DNA of 64,000 nt from Spizellomyces punctatus DAOM BR117 (Eukaryota). The notes below the pieces were generated by a model, which made no database searches, had not been told where the DNA came from, and was given only the letters and a program-made list of their open reading frames with translations. Position numbers and translations under genes: made by a program. Positions 1-15,287 of the stretch are shown here, one piece after another; position 1 is the first letter of the stretch, and every line of letters begins with the position of its first letter. The stretch is from NCBI GenBank assembly GCA_000182565.2, contig KQ257468.1; one strand, 5' to 3'.

Positions 1-46
1 TGGTTGCTTGTACCCAAGACCTACACTTCCTCCTCGCTTCAATAGT

Positions 47-1619
47 ATGCCCATAGCCCGCCTTATTACAACTTCTACTAGCCGCTCTCCATCAATAGCT
101 CCTGTAGCGTCTGAAAGCCCAGTTTGGCTATCGAGTAGTAAGGTCGAAAAGTATGCGCGAATAGATATAAATCCTGTCACGCTCGAAGAACTCTTGCAGC
201 TGGGGTGAAACGCACGACCTCCTATCCAGCGCCAGGTTCGCACATAATGAGCTACCCAAGAGGATGGCTCGGCGTGTGAAAGGTAAACGTTAGTTGGTGT
301 GCAGGATCGTTTGTAGAACAGACGTCCTAACCCTACCTGACTGGACGAAAGCACAGCTCTTCAGAATTTGCCATTCATCGTAGGCGTCAATCCCTGGATT
401 AAAAGTGTCTACAAATGTATCACGATTCCCCTAGAGAAACTCCTCTCACTACCTGAGCCGGTCGATCAAGAAACGCAGCAGATTTTCACTGAGGAGCTTC
501 GAAAATTGGTGCAAGCCCATCAAGAGGTTATTCCCAAGCTAGCAAAAGGTGTGTAAATTAACGCATAATAGCCAGTCAAATTGTTAGCTGATAGTTATCC
601 ATCTGCAGGATTCAAGGAATGCATCAAGTACATGACCAGAGATAGTGCAACAAATTTCCTTGACAACATGATTCACGCTCGAATCGGTATTCGAGGTACT
701 TGCGTAGGAATCTCTTTCATTTGCAGTATCGTTCATAGTGTACTGATATGCGCGTTGCTCTCCAGTCATTGCTGAACACCATCTGTCATTATATACGCCC
801 GCTGCCAATTACATCGGAGTGGTCAACACTCGTCTTTCACCAGCCTCACTCGTCACTTCCGTTGCCAAGTACGCTCAAGAACTTTGCGAATTCAACTATG
901 GCTCGTCTCCAGAATTCAACATAATCGGGCATACCGACACTTTGATGGCTTACATAGGTGTGCACTTGGAGTATATTTTCATGGAGCTGATTAAGAATGC
1001 ATTTCGAGCCACTGTGGAGTACTCGCAGAGGACTGGCAGAGCGGATCATCCTCCTGTGGAAATTGCGATCTGTAAAGGACCGGAAGATGTCATTATCAGG
1101 ATTAGAGACCAAGGCGGCGGCATCTCCAGTAAAGGTGGGGTTTGCGAATGATAGAGACCTGCTTGACATTGCCCTCGCGCTAGCGCAGTACTGATTCATA
1201 GGATTATCTCATTCTATTTTCGCTAGACCTCCCTCATATATGGGAGTACAGTTACACTACTGTGCCCAAATATGACGAAGGTGATGGAATTTTCAGCACG
1301 CAGGCAAGGATGGAAATGCAATCTGGGGTGGGAGGGCCAATAGCTGGCAAGTAGATAATTGACCTACATCGTCATGAACACTATGGAAGAATAACCGCAT
1401 TTCCCTCCATAGGTTTGGGGTTTGGGCTACCGATGTCTCGTATCTATGGTACTTGATGTGCTGCTGTATTCGCGCATTCGGCTAATACTGATCAGTACTC
1501 CTGTAGCCAAGTATTTTGGCGGTTCGTTAGAGATACGTTCCATAAACGGGCACGGATGCGATGTTTTTCTTCGTGTACCCAACATTCTCGGCCTGAGCAC
1601 CCATGTTATCAAAGACTAG
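47..1619 (+). CDS. Mitochondrial branched-chain alpha-ketoacid dehydrogenase kinase / PDK-family kinase (multi-exon; apparent homopolymer indels near 5' end)
   Basis: Spliced fragments give HNELPKRMARRVK-ALQNLPFIVGVNP (BCKDK-type), ELIKNA (N-box), IRDQGGG (G1) and GPIAGLGFGLPMSRIYAKYFGG (G2). Frame breaks at about 202-205 and 413-431. Confidence 0.88.
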
Positions 1620-1725
1620 AACCACCTTATGTATGTTGTAAATATGTATAATGAATGATATGGTACAGATCAATGCTTTAAATGCGACTTGCTACGCGGT
1701 TCAAAGAGGAACATAAGTTTAGCCG

Positions 1726-4700
1726 TCAAGAGTCCTGGATAGCCTGTCTGGTTATGACGGAGTGACCCCTACCGAACGGTGACGGTAAGTGACTCAATCA
1801 ATTGGGCAGGTCCAGAATTTTAACTTACTCGTCGTCCTTGGATATTCTCCAGTAATAGTCGGCATACTCCGACTTTCCCAACAGTTGCATAAACTCTTCA
1901 TCGTGGGTGATAATCAGCAGTTGAAAATTGCTTTGCTGCCTTCGCAGCTTGATTATGCTGCGGCGAAATAAGAACAAATTTTTGCAACTGAATATCAAAG
2001 TGCACATACTTTGCTAGTGACTCCGCCAAACTCTCAATGTTATCACGGTCTAGATTCGTCGTTGGTTCATCCAGTGCCAGAATACCGCAATTTAAGCAAA
2101 ACGTCTCGGCGAGTGCCAACCGAATAATAAGCGACGTTAGGACCTTCTGCCCCGCACTGCAACGCCCACGCATATCAAGAGCTGTGTCGCCCTTGACCAT
2201 AACAACCCGATAATTGTACTGTCGATTTCCTTTCACGTTCTCATTGTCTGAACGAATCTCAATGGTATCGATATCGGATCCTTGATATGTATTCACCCAT
2301 AACTCCCGAATGATCTTATTGATTTCTTCCATCTTCATTGAGTGGTACTTCATTATTGCATTGTCCAGCGCTTTGGCGTACTTTTCAAGGTCATGATTAG
2401 CCATTTCCTCTGTTTTCAGTTCCACTAATTGCTTCCGGTATTGTTCTTCGACGTCTTTGTAATCGGTGCTCAATTCCCCTTTTAACTGCCGGAGCTGCTC
2501 TTGCATCTGTTTTGATTCACCAACGAGACCAGCACGCTACATAAGGCAAATTAACTTCAATTAGAGAGTCTAAAATCCTACAGATTATTTTATACCTCTT
2601 CCACAAGGCGCTCATGCTTCCTTTTCAGGGTGGTGTATTGCGAGTCGATTGACGTCTGATCGTACCCAGAAATCTCCTTCTTCAACAAGTCGATCCTATC
2701 CTCAGCCGCAGCGTGCTCCCGTTGTAGGTGCCGGTACTTCAAGTTATCATCGATTTGACGTCGTAGGTTGTGTACGTCGGCACGCTGGTCTCGGATAGTC
2801 TGCATCTCCTCATTGAGACGGGTAATCTGAGCATTAATTTCTCTGGTTCGAGCGTCTACAGTTTGCAGATCCACTTCACATTGTCGAAGCTTGCCCTCAC
2901 CGCGTTGTTCAGTAAACCTTTGGGAAAATGGGAAATACATATGGAGCTTAAGTGAAAATTCACCACCACCTTATCTTACCTTCGAATTTCATTATCGATA
3001 CTCATCAGTCTATTCAATGAATGCTGCAAGCTGCTGATGCTTTTCGAGAATTCAGCCTCCTTAGCGTTCATTTGCTCGCGATATCTGGACAACGCCGTTT
3101 CCTTTTGCCTGATTACTGGGGCAACGTCGCGGGCCTTGGATTCGGCATCCTAGATGGATATATCCATGAGATAAAATTGTTCCGGTGACACTGCTTCTGA
3201 GTGAGTAGAGCCTTACCTCGGTATCTCTCTGTAGAATTTCGATCTCTGCTTTTAAGTCCGCAATGGAGGCTTGCAATTTTTTGCGCTCCTGGAACTGGTA
3301 GTTTGCGGCCTGTAATTGCTCTTTGATATCCCTCACTCGGTTTTCGTTGCTTTGTATATCTCTCTGCTTCATACGCGATTCGTCATTAATGCGTTCAATA
3401 CTCCGCCGAACACTTTGACTGAAACGAGGAACGGGGTTGTTAGTGCCGTTAGTCTAGTCGAAATGTTATATTGCTGTACCATTTATCCTGTAACTGCTCA
3501 TGCGACTGCTGTACTTCCTCCATTGTTTTGGTCGAGCCGGAACTGCTTAGTTCCGTATTGATTCTTTTGACATCCTCACGAATCTGTTGAATTTCCAGGT
3601 GCAGACGCAGAACCTCCTCGCTCTTTTGCAGTAAGATGTCTGCATTTTGCATTTCAACCTCAACCACTGCAAGTTCGGAAGCTATCTGAATCAACCTTAA
3701 ATTACTAATGGGGTTAAATTTGAAATCGGGTAAACAGTGCCATACATCTTCCGATGCCGATGCGATCTTATGGCGTTCATCTTCGTCTTGTTCCATTCTT
3801 GTACGTATCTCCGGAATTTCCACATTCCTAAGGCGCTCCGCGTAGTCCCAGTCCGTGCGTAATTCAGACAATGCATTTCTTCTCATTTCCGCTGCCTGTA
3901 GAGCACCCTCTGCGGCTTGCGTAACTTCGGGCACCTTGTCCAAAATGCTTGCATCTGTAGCGCCCAAAACAATCGGTCAGAACTGCAGAATAGGAGAATA
4001 CCCGTTGAATGATAGATAGACCTTGGCAAGAAAAGCGCTTCCATCCGAGCCTTCGAATCCTCGCACGCAAAGTGGGCAGCATCCATTTGCTTGGAACTTT
4101 GCAATAAATTTTTGATACATCGATCCAGCGCTTCTCATGGACGATAGCTCGCTAATATGTCGCTTGTAAGGCCGAGACAGCACACAATAAACAAATCAGA
4201 TGATTCTCACTCTCGTTTTTCGACAATGTCTTGTTCTGCATTGGCAACGGCAGCAGAGTAGTCCTCGCCCCCAATAACCGATTTGATACGCGCCACTTTG
4301 TCTACAGTAATTGGTCAATGCGACATGTCTCGATAAATCCGAACATACATAATATAAGAATTACCGCTTAGCTGCTGTGTCTTTGCTGTAAGAGTGGTAC
4401 GTGCCATGTGAAGTTTGGTGTCCACGGATGAAAGCTCCCTGCTCTTGTTCTCTAAATGTTCTTGGAGCTGCTTAACAGACTTCTGTTTCATCCTGACAAT
4501 AATTGGATCATTCAAGGGCATACATGAGCAAAGAAGACGTCGCGGCGCCTAAATGAGAGCTATCTCAGCGTACCTGTATAGGCTTTCAACCTCACGCACC
4601 ATCACCTCTGGCGGGGGCATGTGTCCGAGAAACTGCTCAGTTTCTGACTGGACAGCAGCCACGCTGGAAAGGCTTTCAATGGAATATTCGGATGATTTCC

Positions 4701-7136
4701 TTTTGCAAAAAATGTTCACCTGCGAGTATACGCTTCCTCTTTACGCTCCAATTCCAGCTTCTTCAAAGACAGACTGGCGCGTGTGTTAGCTTGCATATTG
4801 AGTAGTGCCATTTCATCAGTTGCTCGGCGCAGCTGAAAATCGTATTCTCGTAACTCTTGATTGAGTTTTCCGAGTTTTGCCTCAAAGTCAGATGCACCCC
4901 AATCACGGCGGCTCTGCTCCAACGCTGATTCCTGGAAACACACCAGATTAAAAGCGGCCGGAGAGACGGCGAGGCATTTCTGGACTGCATCGACTATACC
5001 TCTTCTGCAATCCTGCTGTGGAGTTGGTCAACGTCTGCCTGTGTCACCTTAATGCCATGCATTGTTTGCATATGTTGGCTGATCTTCTGACGGTGATTGT
5101 CCTGCAATACGATTTAGGTAAGTTCTCCCCCTCATATGCAATAGAGTACTGAAATAACCACAGACCATCTGTCTACGGGTCATTTTCTTTGTTTCTTCAA
5201 CTGATGCGACCGTAGCTTTCAATCGCTGAATATCGCTCATCATCGCATTCTCTCTTTCCTTACATTCCATCTACTTCTAGTGGTAAGTTTACATGCTTCT
5301 CGAAGAAAAGTGACTTCCAATCCAACCTTTAGAGATTCAAGGCCCGCATTTCGTTCCTCGATTTGACCGCGCAAATTCTGCGTGAAACGGTGTATATGGT
5401 CCTCAGATAGAGCTCCCATGTCGAATCCACTGTAGTTGTGCGCTGAGCTTAATTCTATAATAACTTTCTCTCTTTCTTGCAGTCGTCTCTCATGTGCCTG
5501 CGTGTGGGATGCGAGTTTATCACATATGCTACTAACTAGATAGATGAGATACAATCTCACGTACACTCTTCTCTGCTTGAAGTTGGCCGAGTGATGTCAA
5601 TATTTGAGAATGCTCTGATTGCACTCTGTTCAGTTCTGCAGACAGTTTTGAGACCTTGCTTTCAAGAGCACTGTGCTCTGTTTCCTTCGTGTTCAAGGAC
5701 ATCTCGTACTCGGTAAGAAGTTCCTTCAATTTCATGTCAGATTCTGGTGAACAGATTTAAGCAATTTTAGATGTGAGTAAACCATATATTGTCATGCCTA
5801 CCAGTATATTCTTGTAAACTTTCTCTCATTTGTCTGATGTTTTTTGCGATCATATCCCTCTCGAGCACAGACTGCTTAACACGGACAGTAAGATCTTGCA
5901 ATTTCTTGTTTTGTTCCATTAGGCTTGTCATTCGGGCAACCGCCTCCTCTATCTCTCCCGCGTCCAGGGCGTCAATCCTCTGCTGAGCTATGGCGTACTT
6001 TTCCTGCGTGACGGCTAGCGTTTCCCGAACCTATATATTATATAATTCAATCATCAAAATGGATCTATGTCAATCGTGTCATCACAAACCTTTTCAACTT
6101 TTGCCTTTTTAGACTTCAAATGCTCCAGGTTATTTTGTGCAAGACGTAGTTGAATGGACTGCTCCTTCCTCAGGGTTTTAATGCTGTCCAATGCTTTTGT
6201 ATACCTGCAATTGACAAAGACAGTGGGCGGGATGGCCAAACCCCAGAGACGGAAGTAGTGTGATACCTGGTTGATGCAAAGATCTCGTCGAATTTTTTTT
6301 TCAGAATGGAAGATTCAGACAGCGGCCTGTAGACGTGCGACTGAAAATAAGTCGAAATTTACAATGTATAAGCCGAAACCCATTGGGACGTACCAGAAAG
6401 ACTCCTCTTGATGACAGAAAATAACATTATCCAAGATGGCTTTGGATACCCCCAATTGCAAGGGAATCTCGGCGTCTAGCTCTGCGCATCTCGTACTCAA
6501 ACTGTGGGACTGAAGTACAATTGATTCAAGTTCATCTTGATAAATAAGATAATTTTCCCATTACCTCGCCAGTGTCTGGATCATTTGTTTTCAGTAAACT
6601 TTCCAATGTCTTTTGTTGAACTCCTGTCTTCTTCTGAGTCAGCGACAGGGAGCGGGTGCAGACCATTTCTCGACCATTAACGTTTTTAAAGCGTAGCTTG
6701 ACTTGTGCCAAGACTTCAGTTTCATGAGCGAGCTGCCAACATGCATGCAAGTTAGCATCTCGTACAGTACCCAACGCTGAACTTTCCTAGTTCTCTACCT
6801 TGGGATCGTATATGAAGGCACCATATTTACTGTTTGGCGGCTGATCTCCAGTTGTGGCATATTTCAAGCACTCAATAATGGTCTATGCTCGGTGTAAGAA
6901 AGAGCAAGTCTTGGAAAAAATCTCAGCAACTTCAACCGACCGTTTTTCCTGCGCCATTATGCCCGACAATTATCGTCAAGGGTGTATAAAACTCGATAAC
7001 ACTCGGTCCTTTCGGGTCAAATGACCGTATTCCCCTGCAGGCGACCGAGGCGAAGATTCAGAGACCAAAGAATGTCGAAGGAAAGTGACGTACTCGATTC
7101 TTGGTACCTGATAAGGAGTTTGTCGATTTGAGACAT
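1726..7136 (-). CDS. RAD50: DNA repair protein RAD50 (many introns)
   Basis: N-terminus [10 protein letters not shown], Walker A GHNGAGKT (about 6940-6965), zinc hook CCPLC (about 4070), signature RCSAGQK, Walker [13 protein letters not shown]-loop IITHD, long coiled coil. Confidence 0.97.
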
Positions 7137-7340
7137 GCAGTCCCCTTTCACTCGAGGTGCCTGCGTGAAAGTTCCCCGGGTATGCTCTTGCTCGAGCAGT
7201 ATGTTTTTTGGACTAGAGAATGCGATGATTGGAAACTTCAGCAGTAGTGGCAGCTGAAGTCTATTTATCCCAAAAAGGGTATATGACACATTGTTACCTT
7301 TTGCTCCAGCTGTGGGCCACTCCCAGCGATATCCCAGAAA

Positions 7341-8706
7341 ATGGCCAAGATGGGTAACAATGGAGGTAACCGCAAGAACAAGAGCCGGCAAATAAAGAAG
7401 AGCCTGTTTGCACAAGTAGGGCTTACTATGTCTCAACGTCTAACTATCATGGAGCTTACTGGAAATTGCCGCAGTCTGGACAGAAAGGTGGTTTCAACAG
7501 CATGCAGGTGGAGCCTGGAATGCAAGGCATCATGGCTTTCTGCAGCATGAACAAGGAAAAGCAAGCAGTTGCGGAACTGAGAAACATTCTTGGCGAGGTG
7601 AGTCGTCACGTACGTTTCTGCCATTGCATGTCGGTCTATTTATTTTCTTTTTTCCAGTTTGCAGAGCAGCTCTACGGCCGAGAACATACCAGTGATGAGA
7701 GCACTATAAATGACTCTATCGCTGACGAGGAAAGCCAAGATGTAGCTGACATGCTGGACCAGGAACTGAAGCAACTAAAAAGCGAGAGGGAGGGCAAAGA
7801 AGAACAATTTCGTTGGCGCAAAACGAATATCGACTGTATGGTATTTCTGCAGGTAATTGATGCAGCTCAGCTTAGGGACACCATAGTATAGGCTCTTATC
7901 TGTAGGTAATTTATCCTCAGACCCATCATCCCATCGATCCCTCAGACTTCGTTTATCGGGTTCTCACCGATTTGCAAAACAAGAAGATCAAGCGGACAAG
8001 GTAATCAACAGATCTGTTGTCGCGAACCTGATCGCATGAGTTAATTTTACTTCCTGCAGATACACTATCAGGGTGCATCCCGTTCAAGAAACTTGTCGTG
8101 CCTACATGGATGACATCAAGCAATTGGCCCAACGGTTGTTGTCGCCATATTTTCATAAAGAGGGACTGTCACCCGTCCGAGTAAGCGCGCATATGACGTT
8201 CAATTTGTCTCTATGTCTGTGTTGACCATGCTACGAATAGTGGGCATGTGAGCCGAGAATCCGATGGAATGACAAAATAAAGAAAGATGAATTGATTATT
8301 GAGATTGCAAATGTGGTTGGTCAGAATCATGTGGTCAACCTTAAACAACCGGAGTTGACGGTGGTCATCGATATCTTTAAGGTGCTTTGAAGAGATTTAT
8401 ATTAGCAACGTGGTGGATAAACGACTGACCTCCTTTATTCAGAATATATGCGCAATGGCCGTTGTGCGCGATTACCCTGGGCTCAAAAAGTATAACCTCG
8501 AGAAAATCTTCGAAGCCGAGCAAGAAACTATCAAAGCACAACAGGGTGACGATGCTCCTAAATCACAGGAGCACGACGGGAAATCAGTGGATGACCCCGT
8601 GCAGGAAATTGATAACTCAGACAAGGCAGGGAAACGGAAAGTGGATGCCGTTGACGCTAAAAGAGAGACCGAAAGTTCTGCACCAATCAAGAAAACCAAA
8701 GTATAG
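7341..8706 (+). CDS. THUMP-domain protein (THUMPD1/Tan1-like tRNA acetylation adaptor)
   Basis: Exons encode PGMQGIMAFCSMNKEKQAVAE, acidic linker, KTNIDC, KRTRYTIRVHPVQETC, HVVNLKQPELTVVIDIFKNICAMAVVRDYPGLKKYNL, typical of Tan1/THUMPD1. Confidence 0.85.
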
Positions 8707-9195
8707 AGCTGTGGGGATTGTCAGCACCGTGCTCACGGCTCGACTATCGCGCTAATCCGCTAGATCCAAGCGCACTTATTTAGTGTCGCCTTAACGTCGA
8801 ATGTTAGGCGAGGCAACGGCCAATTGACCGCCAGCACTAAGTCTATAGTGACGATAGGTGGTTTACTTTCCATGGCTTCTGTAACATGTCTCGCTGTAAC
8901 ATCATCTGCAAGTCACCGGCCGATATATTTAAGTTTTTTATTGAATAAATTATATAGCTTGTAGCAACCGAGTGCAGATCTTGAAGATCTATATAATTTC
9001 AATGAGGCAGAGCGCACTATTCTCTTCAATGCTGTGGAGCAAATGCTCTGAAGGTGAAGGCCCTTTGGTACAGCCGTCCGAAATGATGCCCGGCGCATCA
9101 TACGGTCGGCAACCAGGCGACTAACGGACTAGTGCAACTTAGATAATACAATACACTACATCCGGAGTCGCTGCCGCGAGTACCTGAACAATTAT

Positions 9196-11047
9196 TCATG
9201 CAGGAACTACCTGATTATTGGCAACTGACAGCCTCTCCACGCTTCCTGCGACTGATTTATCGCGCGACGCATGAGGTGAGTTCTTCTTAGATCCCTTGCT
9301 AGCCTGTGATAACGCATGCAGCGACTGCGCTATAGAGAAGCTCCCCGTGCTCTGCTCTGCGTCCGTTTGGGTGTCATGCTGAGTGACATGCGGAGTTTCA
9401 CTATACGTCGAAACCGTTGCGGTCGGGTCTTATGTCATGTAGTAGTGTCAGTCAAAACGCATGTACTCCACATCTTGCGAGAGTCCTGACCTTGTTTGTA
9501 ACCACCTATTATGCGTTGCACAATGTGGGTCTCTAAGTAACGTGCGTTCCTTGCGCTCTTGAAGAAAACGTGCTCTGCTAGTTCACGGGCTGTTGGTCTG
9601 AAGATCGGCATTAAGGACTATGGTTAGCCAACGGTTTGGCAGGAGAAGGCAATTCTTTATACCTTCTGTTAGGGTCTTTTCGGATACAAGCGCTGACCAT
9701 ACGGTAAAAGTCTTTCGACAAAAGTTTCTCCGAAGCTACTGCGGGACAGGCATACTCTAGTTTGCTTAACAGAATCTGATGCCGTCTACACGTCAGTCGT
9801 CGAAGGGATAGATTCATAGAAGAAGCATCGTCTGACCTTCAACGGCGGCCAGTCGTCAAACGGAGTTCGGTTGAAAGCCAACTCCAACGCAGTTATACCA
9901 AAACTATATATGTCCGCTTTCTCGTTGTAATTCGAGTTCTTCCCCATGATGGAAATGAAAATCTTATTATAACTAGATTAGGACGTGTGGAAGAGAAGCG
10001 TAGACTCACTTGTGCCATAACCTCTGGAGCTGCCCATTCAATATTGTCGCCAACTAGCGAGAACACCGATTTGATGTACTCTCCCCCTTGGGCTAGGGAC
10101 ACCATATTACGGAGGCCCGTGAGGCGAATCTCTCCCCGCACGTCGAGAAGGATATTATCTGCACGAATATCACTGAAAGTATGATATGAACACCCGTTTT
10201 GGATGATTATTGTGCCATGCTATGGACCTCAGTATGCACATACTTATGTATCATTCTATTGTCGTGCATGTAAATGATAGCTTTTAGAACTTCTCGCATC
10301 ACAGTGGCGACAACAGTGTCGCTAAAGCCTTCATGGATGTGGTTCCGCATGATATTCCGAAAAGTGCCTAAAAAATGCTAAATCAACGCCTCTGCGTGGA
10401 ACTAATGTAACACTTTACAACGCACCCGCTCTCATGGGATACGTTACATTCCACATGCGTTCGTTCTCAACAAAAGTTGTCCAATACGGTAAGATATTGC
10501 GGTGTTTGCAAAGATTCGTGTTTCGCACGGTGCGCTGTTATGCACAAAGATGAGTTTCTGTTTCCAACATGACCCTAAGCATGGTTCACATACAATCAAT
10601 TCGTCGATGAGCTCGTAGTCTGGGGACAGGGTCAGGTCGGTGTATTTGAGCGCAACATACTCGCCAGTGGGTATATGTCGCGCCAGATACAAGTATGATA
10701 TGTCATCGACACCCCCTAGAGATATGAAGATTTGATACTTTTGCCATTGTTGAAAACGAACAAGTTTCCGCATACCGATATCGCTCAACAGCTCGTAGTC
10801 TTGTATGTCGTTCGTATACTGATGTCTACGCTGAGACTTTTTGCTCTGAAATATCCCTGACTGGCTGACGATGGAGAGATTGAGTAATGCTTTGAGTGCA
10901 GTACGAAATGAACTGCCTGTGAGGAACGCAAAATGCTCGACGCACCAGAGTTGACCCTGACGATGGCTGACGTTGTCGCGGTACCTGTGTATCGCCAGTA
11001 GCCTGACGATCTCGCTTCGAATGCCCCTCTGTCTTTCCTCCTTCCAT
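9196..11047 (-). CDS. STE20-related adaptor (STRAD-like) pseudokinase
   Basis: Spliced kinase fold: YLARHIPTGEYVALK, HRNILPYWTTF, IHNDIRADNILL (HRD becomes HND), IRLTGLR (DFG becomes GLR), WAAPEVMAQ, KADIYSFGITALELA, PF..WPPLK-ILLSKL. The 3' end is approximate. Confidence 0.8.
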
Positions 11048-11224
11048 AGGTAATCCCTACTGGTCTATGTCGAGGATGGACTAGGAATTGCTGAGACTTC
11101 GTCAATTTCGGGGTGAAGTCCCCACGCTGACTAAGCAATCGGTCGTGTCTTGATGTTATAACTAACACTTTGCAGTACGATGTTCTGCTCGCAAACTTTA
11201 CATTAAACAACAATGGAGGCTTCG

Positions 11225-12777
11225 ATGTCATCTCGAGCAGCTTTACTGCTCCAAAGAGAGCAGTATCGACTTCGAAAGGCTGATAAGTGTTGGGTGAGTG
11301 GAAGAGCAACGTTTCAAAGCTCATGGATTTATTAGCTCGAGCTCAATCACATATGAACAGGGGATTGAGACGTCTATAGTAAAAAACGACATCTTTCATT
11401 GGCAAGCAACAATAGAAGGATTGCCAAACACACCATGGGAAGGTGCGAAAAGCGGAAAAATGGAACGCTGTTCTTCTTCTTACTCCCTCGTCGTGCACAT
11501 AGGGGGGCTATTTAAAATTGAAATGTTTTTCGATGAAGAGTATAACGAGAAGCCACCGGAAATCTACTTTATGACTGTCCCCTTTCATCCTAATGGTCAG
11601 TCATTCAGATAACATATAATATTTTTATGGATATGTCCGCTGACCGGTCTTAACAGTGGATATGAACACCGGTCGGCCCTGTGTACCCTTCCTTGAAGAC
11701 TCGAATGAATGGGACCCTGAGACTCCAATATTGAGCATTCTTGTGTACTTGCAAGTACGTTGTGAGAAAAACTTATCAAGCTTGTACATTGTGAAGCATT
11801 GCTGGACTCATCAACAGGCTATTCTTGCAAATCCAGGGCTAGATCGCCCAGTAAACATAGCGGCAAGTGAGATATACACGAGCTCACCACGGCTGTACGA
11901 TCAGCTTGTCAGGGACTGTGTGATCGCAAGTCGTCGGATCAATGGTAAAGTGAAAGTTACAATGCACTTCTCTGCTTCATACCTTGACTTGCGTCGGCGC
12001 ACATTCAGTCGGACTGGCACCCTTTGAAGAAGAGGAGTACCTGAACCAGACTTCCAGTGATAAGGAGCTTAAAACAATCAGTCCCATAATACCAGCGCAC
12101 AGTTTGACGCAGCCATATATCCGAACGATAAGTTTTGATGATTATTACGAATTTTGGAAGTCGCTCGCCACGTCAATACCTCAGAAACCCAGTAAACCGG
12201 GCGGTACGTCCATTAGGCAGTCATAGAACATAAAATGCGATTCTTAATGACTGCTATCCATGCATTATTCAGGTCCTCGAATACCAGATGAGTTGATGTT
12301 TCCGAGTCAATCCAAGGTTTCGGAAGATCAATTTCGAGAGATGATGGAAAGGTGAGGTCTCAGCATCCAAGGGGCCTCGGATCACTGGATGCTAAAGGAC
12401 AACTATATGACTTCCGCAGACAAAGAGATCTGTGGTTTGGCAGATTTCAAAGAAAAGCTGTACAGAAGAAACCAGAGCAACAGTCGAAAACGGCGAGAAT
12501 AGACGCAATGAGACGAATCTACAGTATGAAAGAAAGCGATGACTCAAAATCAGAACAAATAGATAATCGAAGAACCCAGAGGGTCGAGGAGACACACTGG
12601 GATGGGGACTCGGGCCACCAAATTGACATGGCTCCGCTTGGAGGGGAGTCCGTGTTGGACGATCGATGGATCAAGCCCAAGGAGCATATTCACTCCGATG
12701 ATTGGGAACGCGAGGCGGACGATCTGTTGAATTGGACGGCCCAGTTGGCGCATCCACCATCTGATCATATTACATAA
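11225..12777 (+). CDS. Ubiquitin-conjugating enzyme E2, UBE2U-like, with long C-terminal extension
   Basis: MSSRAALLLQRE...GIETSIVKNDIFHWQATIEGLPNTPWEGGLFKIEMFFDEEYNEKPPEIYFMTVPFHPNVDMNTGRPCVPFL (HPN motif and catalytic Cys)...LANPGLDRPVNIAA resembles vertebrate UBE2U. Confidence 0.8.
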
Positions 12778-12876
12778 TGTGATGGAACTAGAAGGACACA
12801 GGATGTCTCTCAAAGCCAGTGGAGTTTATGTGCAAATAATATGGTTCATGGAATATATTAGTTGAACAGGGGACCA

Positions 12877-14404
<1,528 letters not shown>

Positions 14405-15287
14405 TATGGCCGTCCGTAGTGTTGAATGATGTTATGATGGCCGTTTGGGCGTTTTTTGTTTGCAAGATTGCGGATGGATGTTGGTTTCTGTTTCTGTTGT
14501 CGACGCGTCATTACTGCAAGAACCAGGAGAGTCACGTGTCACATCCAGATGGGAGGAGTTTTGGAGGTCGTAAAAACATTGGCGACTGCCTTTGGATGGT
14601 TTCTTCACGTCACCAATATCGTTGAAGAAACTTGCAAAATAACCTCGATGATTGGATCATGTTATTCTAGCTATCTTGACCACATATGTGAGCATGAACA
14701 ATAAATCGTTCATGTCGCGGGCGTCAGCAATTTGATGCAGCCAAGCGTGTATTCAACTTAACGTCGAGTCCTTTGATGCTTCTATCATGGCCACGAGCAG
14801 CTTTTTCTTGGTCTATTAGACTAGAAGCGCTTGCCTTCTGCCGCCCTCTTTTTTCTTTAAATTTCATGGCATTCCATCACAATGAAGCTTGCGGTTCAAG
14901 TTATCTCGATGGTGTTGCGATGGACATTGGGTCCCCGCTGCTCTGTTCATAGTATACCAAGGGTGCAGCAGGTGGGATGGCCCAAAGCCATTTTTGCCAC
15001 GGGCTCATAGTTCTGGAAGGACAGCACCGAACTATGATGGATTTTGTTCTTATACGCGTTCGGTCGCGGTTGGCTGAGTTTTGACTCTGCGTGCGGAGAA
15101 GTTTGTGGCATCATGAGCAAACACGCTTGGCCATGCTGAGAGAAGGTCTTACTTCTGCATTGTTGGTAGGCATACGGTTTTGGCCCACCTGACGTGGCCT
15201 GTGATTTCAGATAGTTCAAGGCAACCCTTGTTGTCGTCGGGGAATTGTATTCAACCAAACTCGACTTCAAGTTCGACGGAGACCAGC

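Noticed and set aside
206-208. In-frame TGA as selenocysteine or readthrough in the kinase
   Set aside because: Homology continues in a different frame, so this is an indel rather than recoding.
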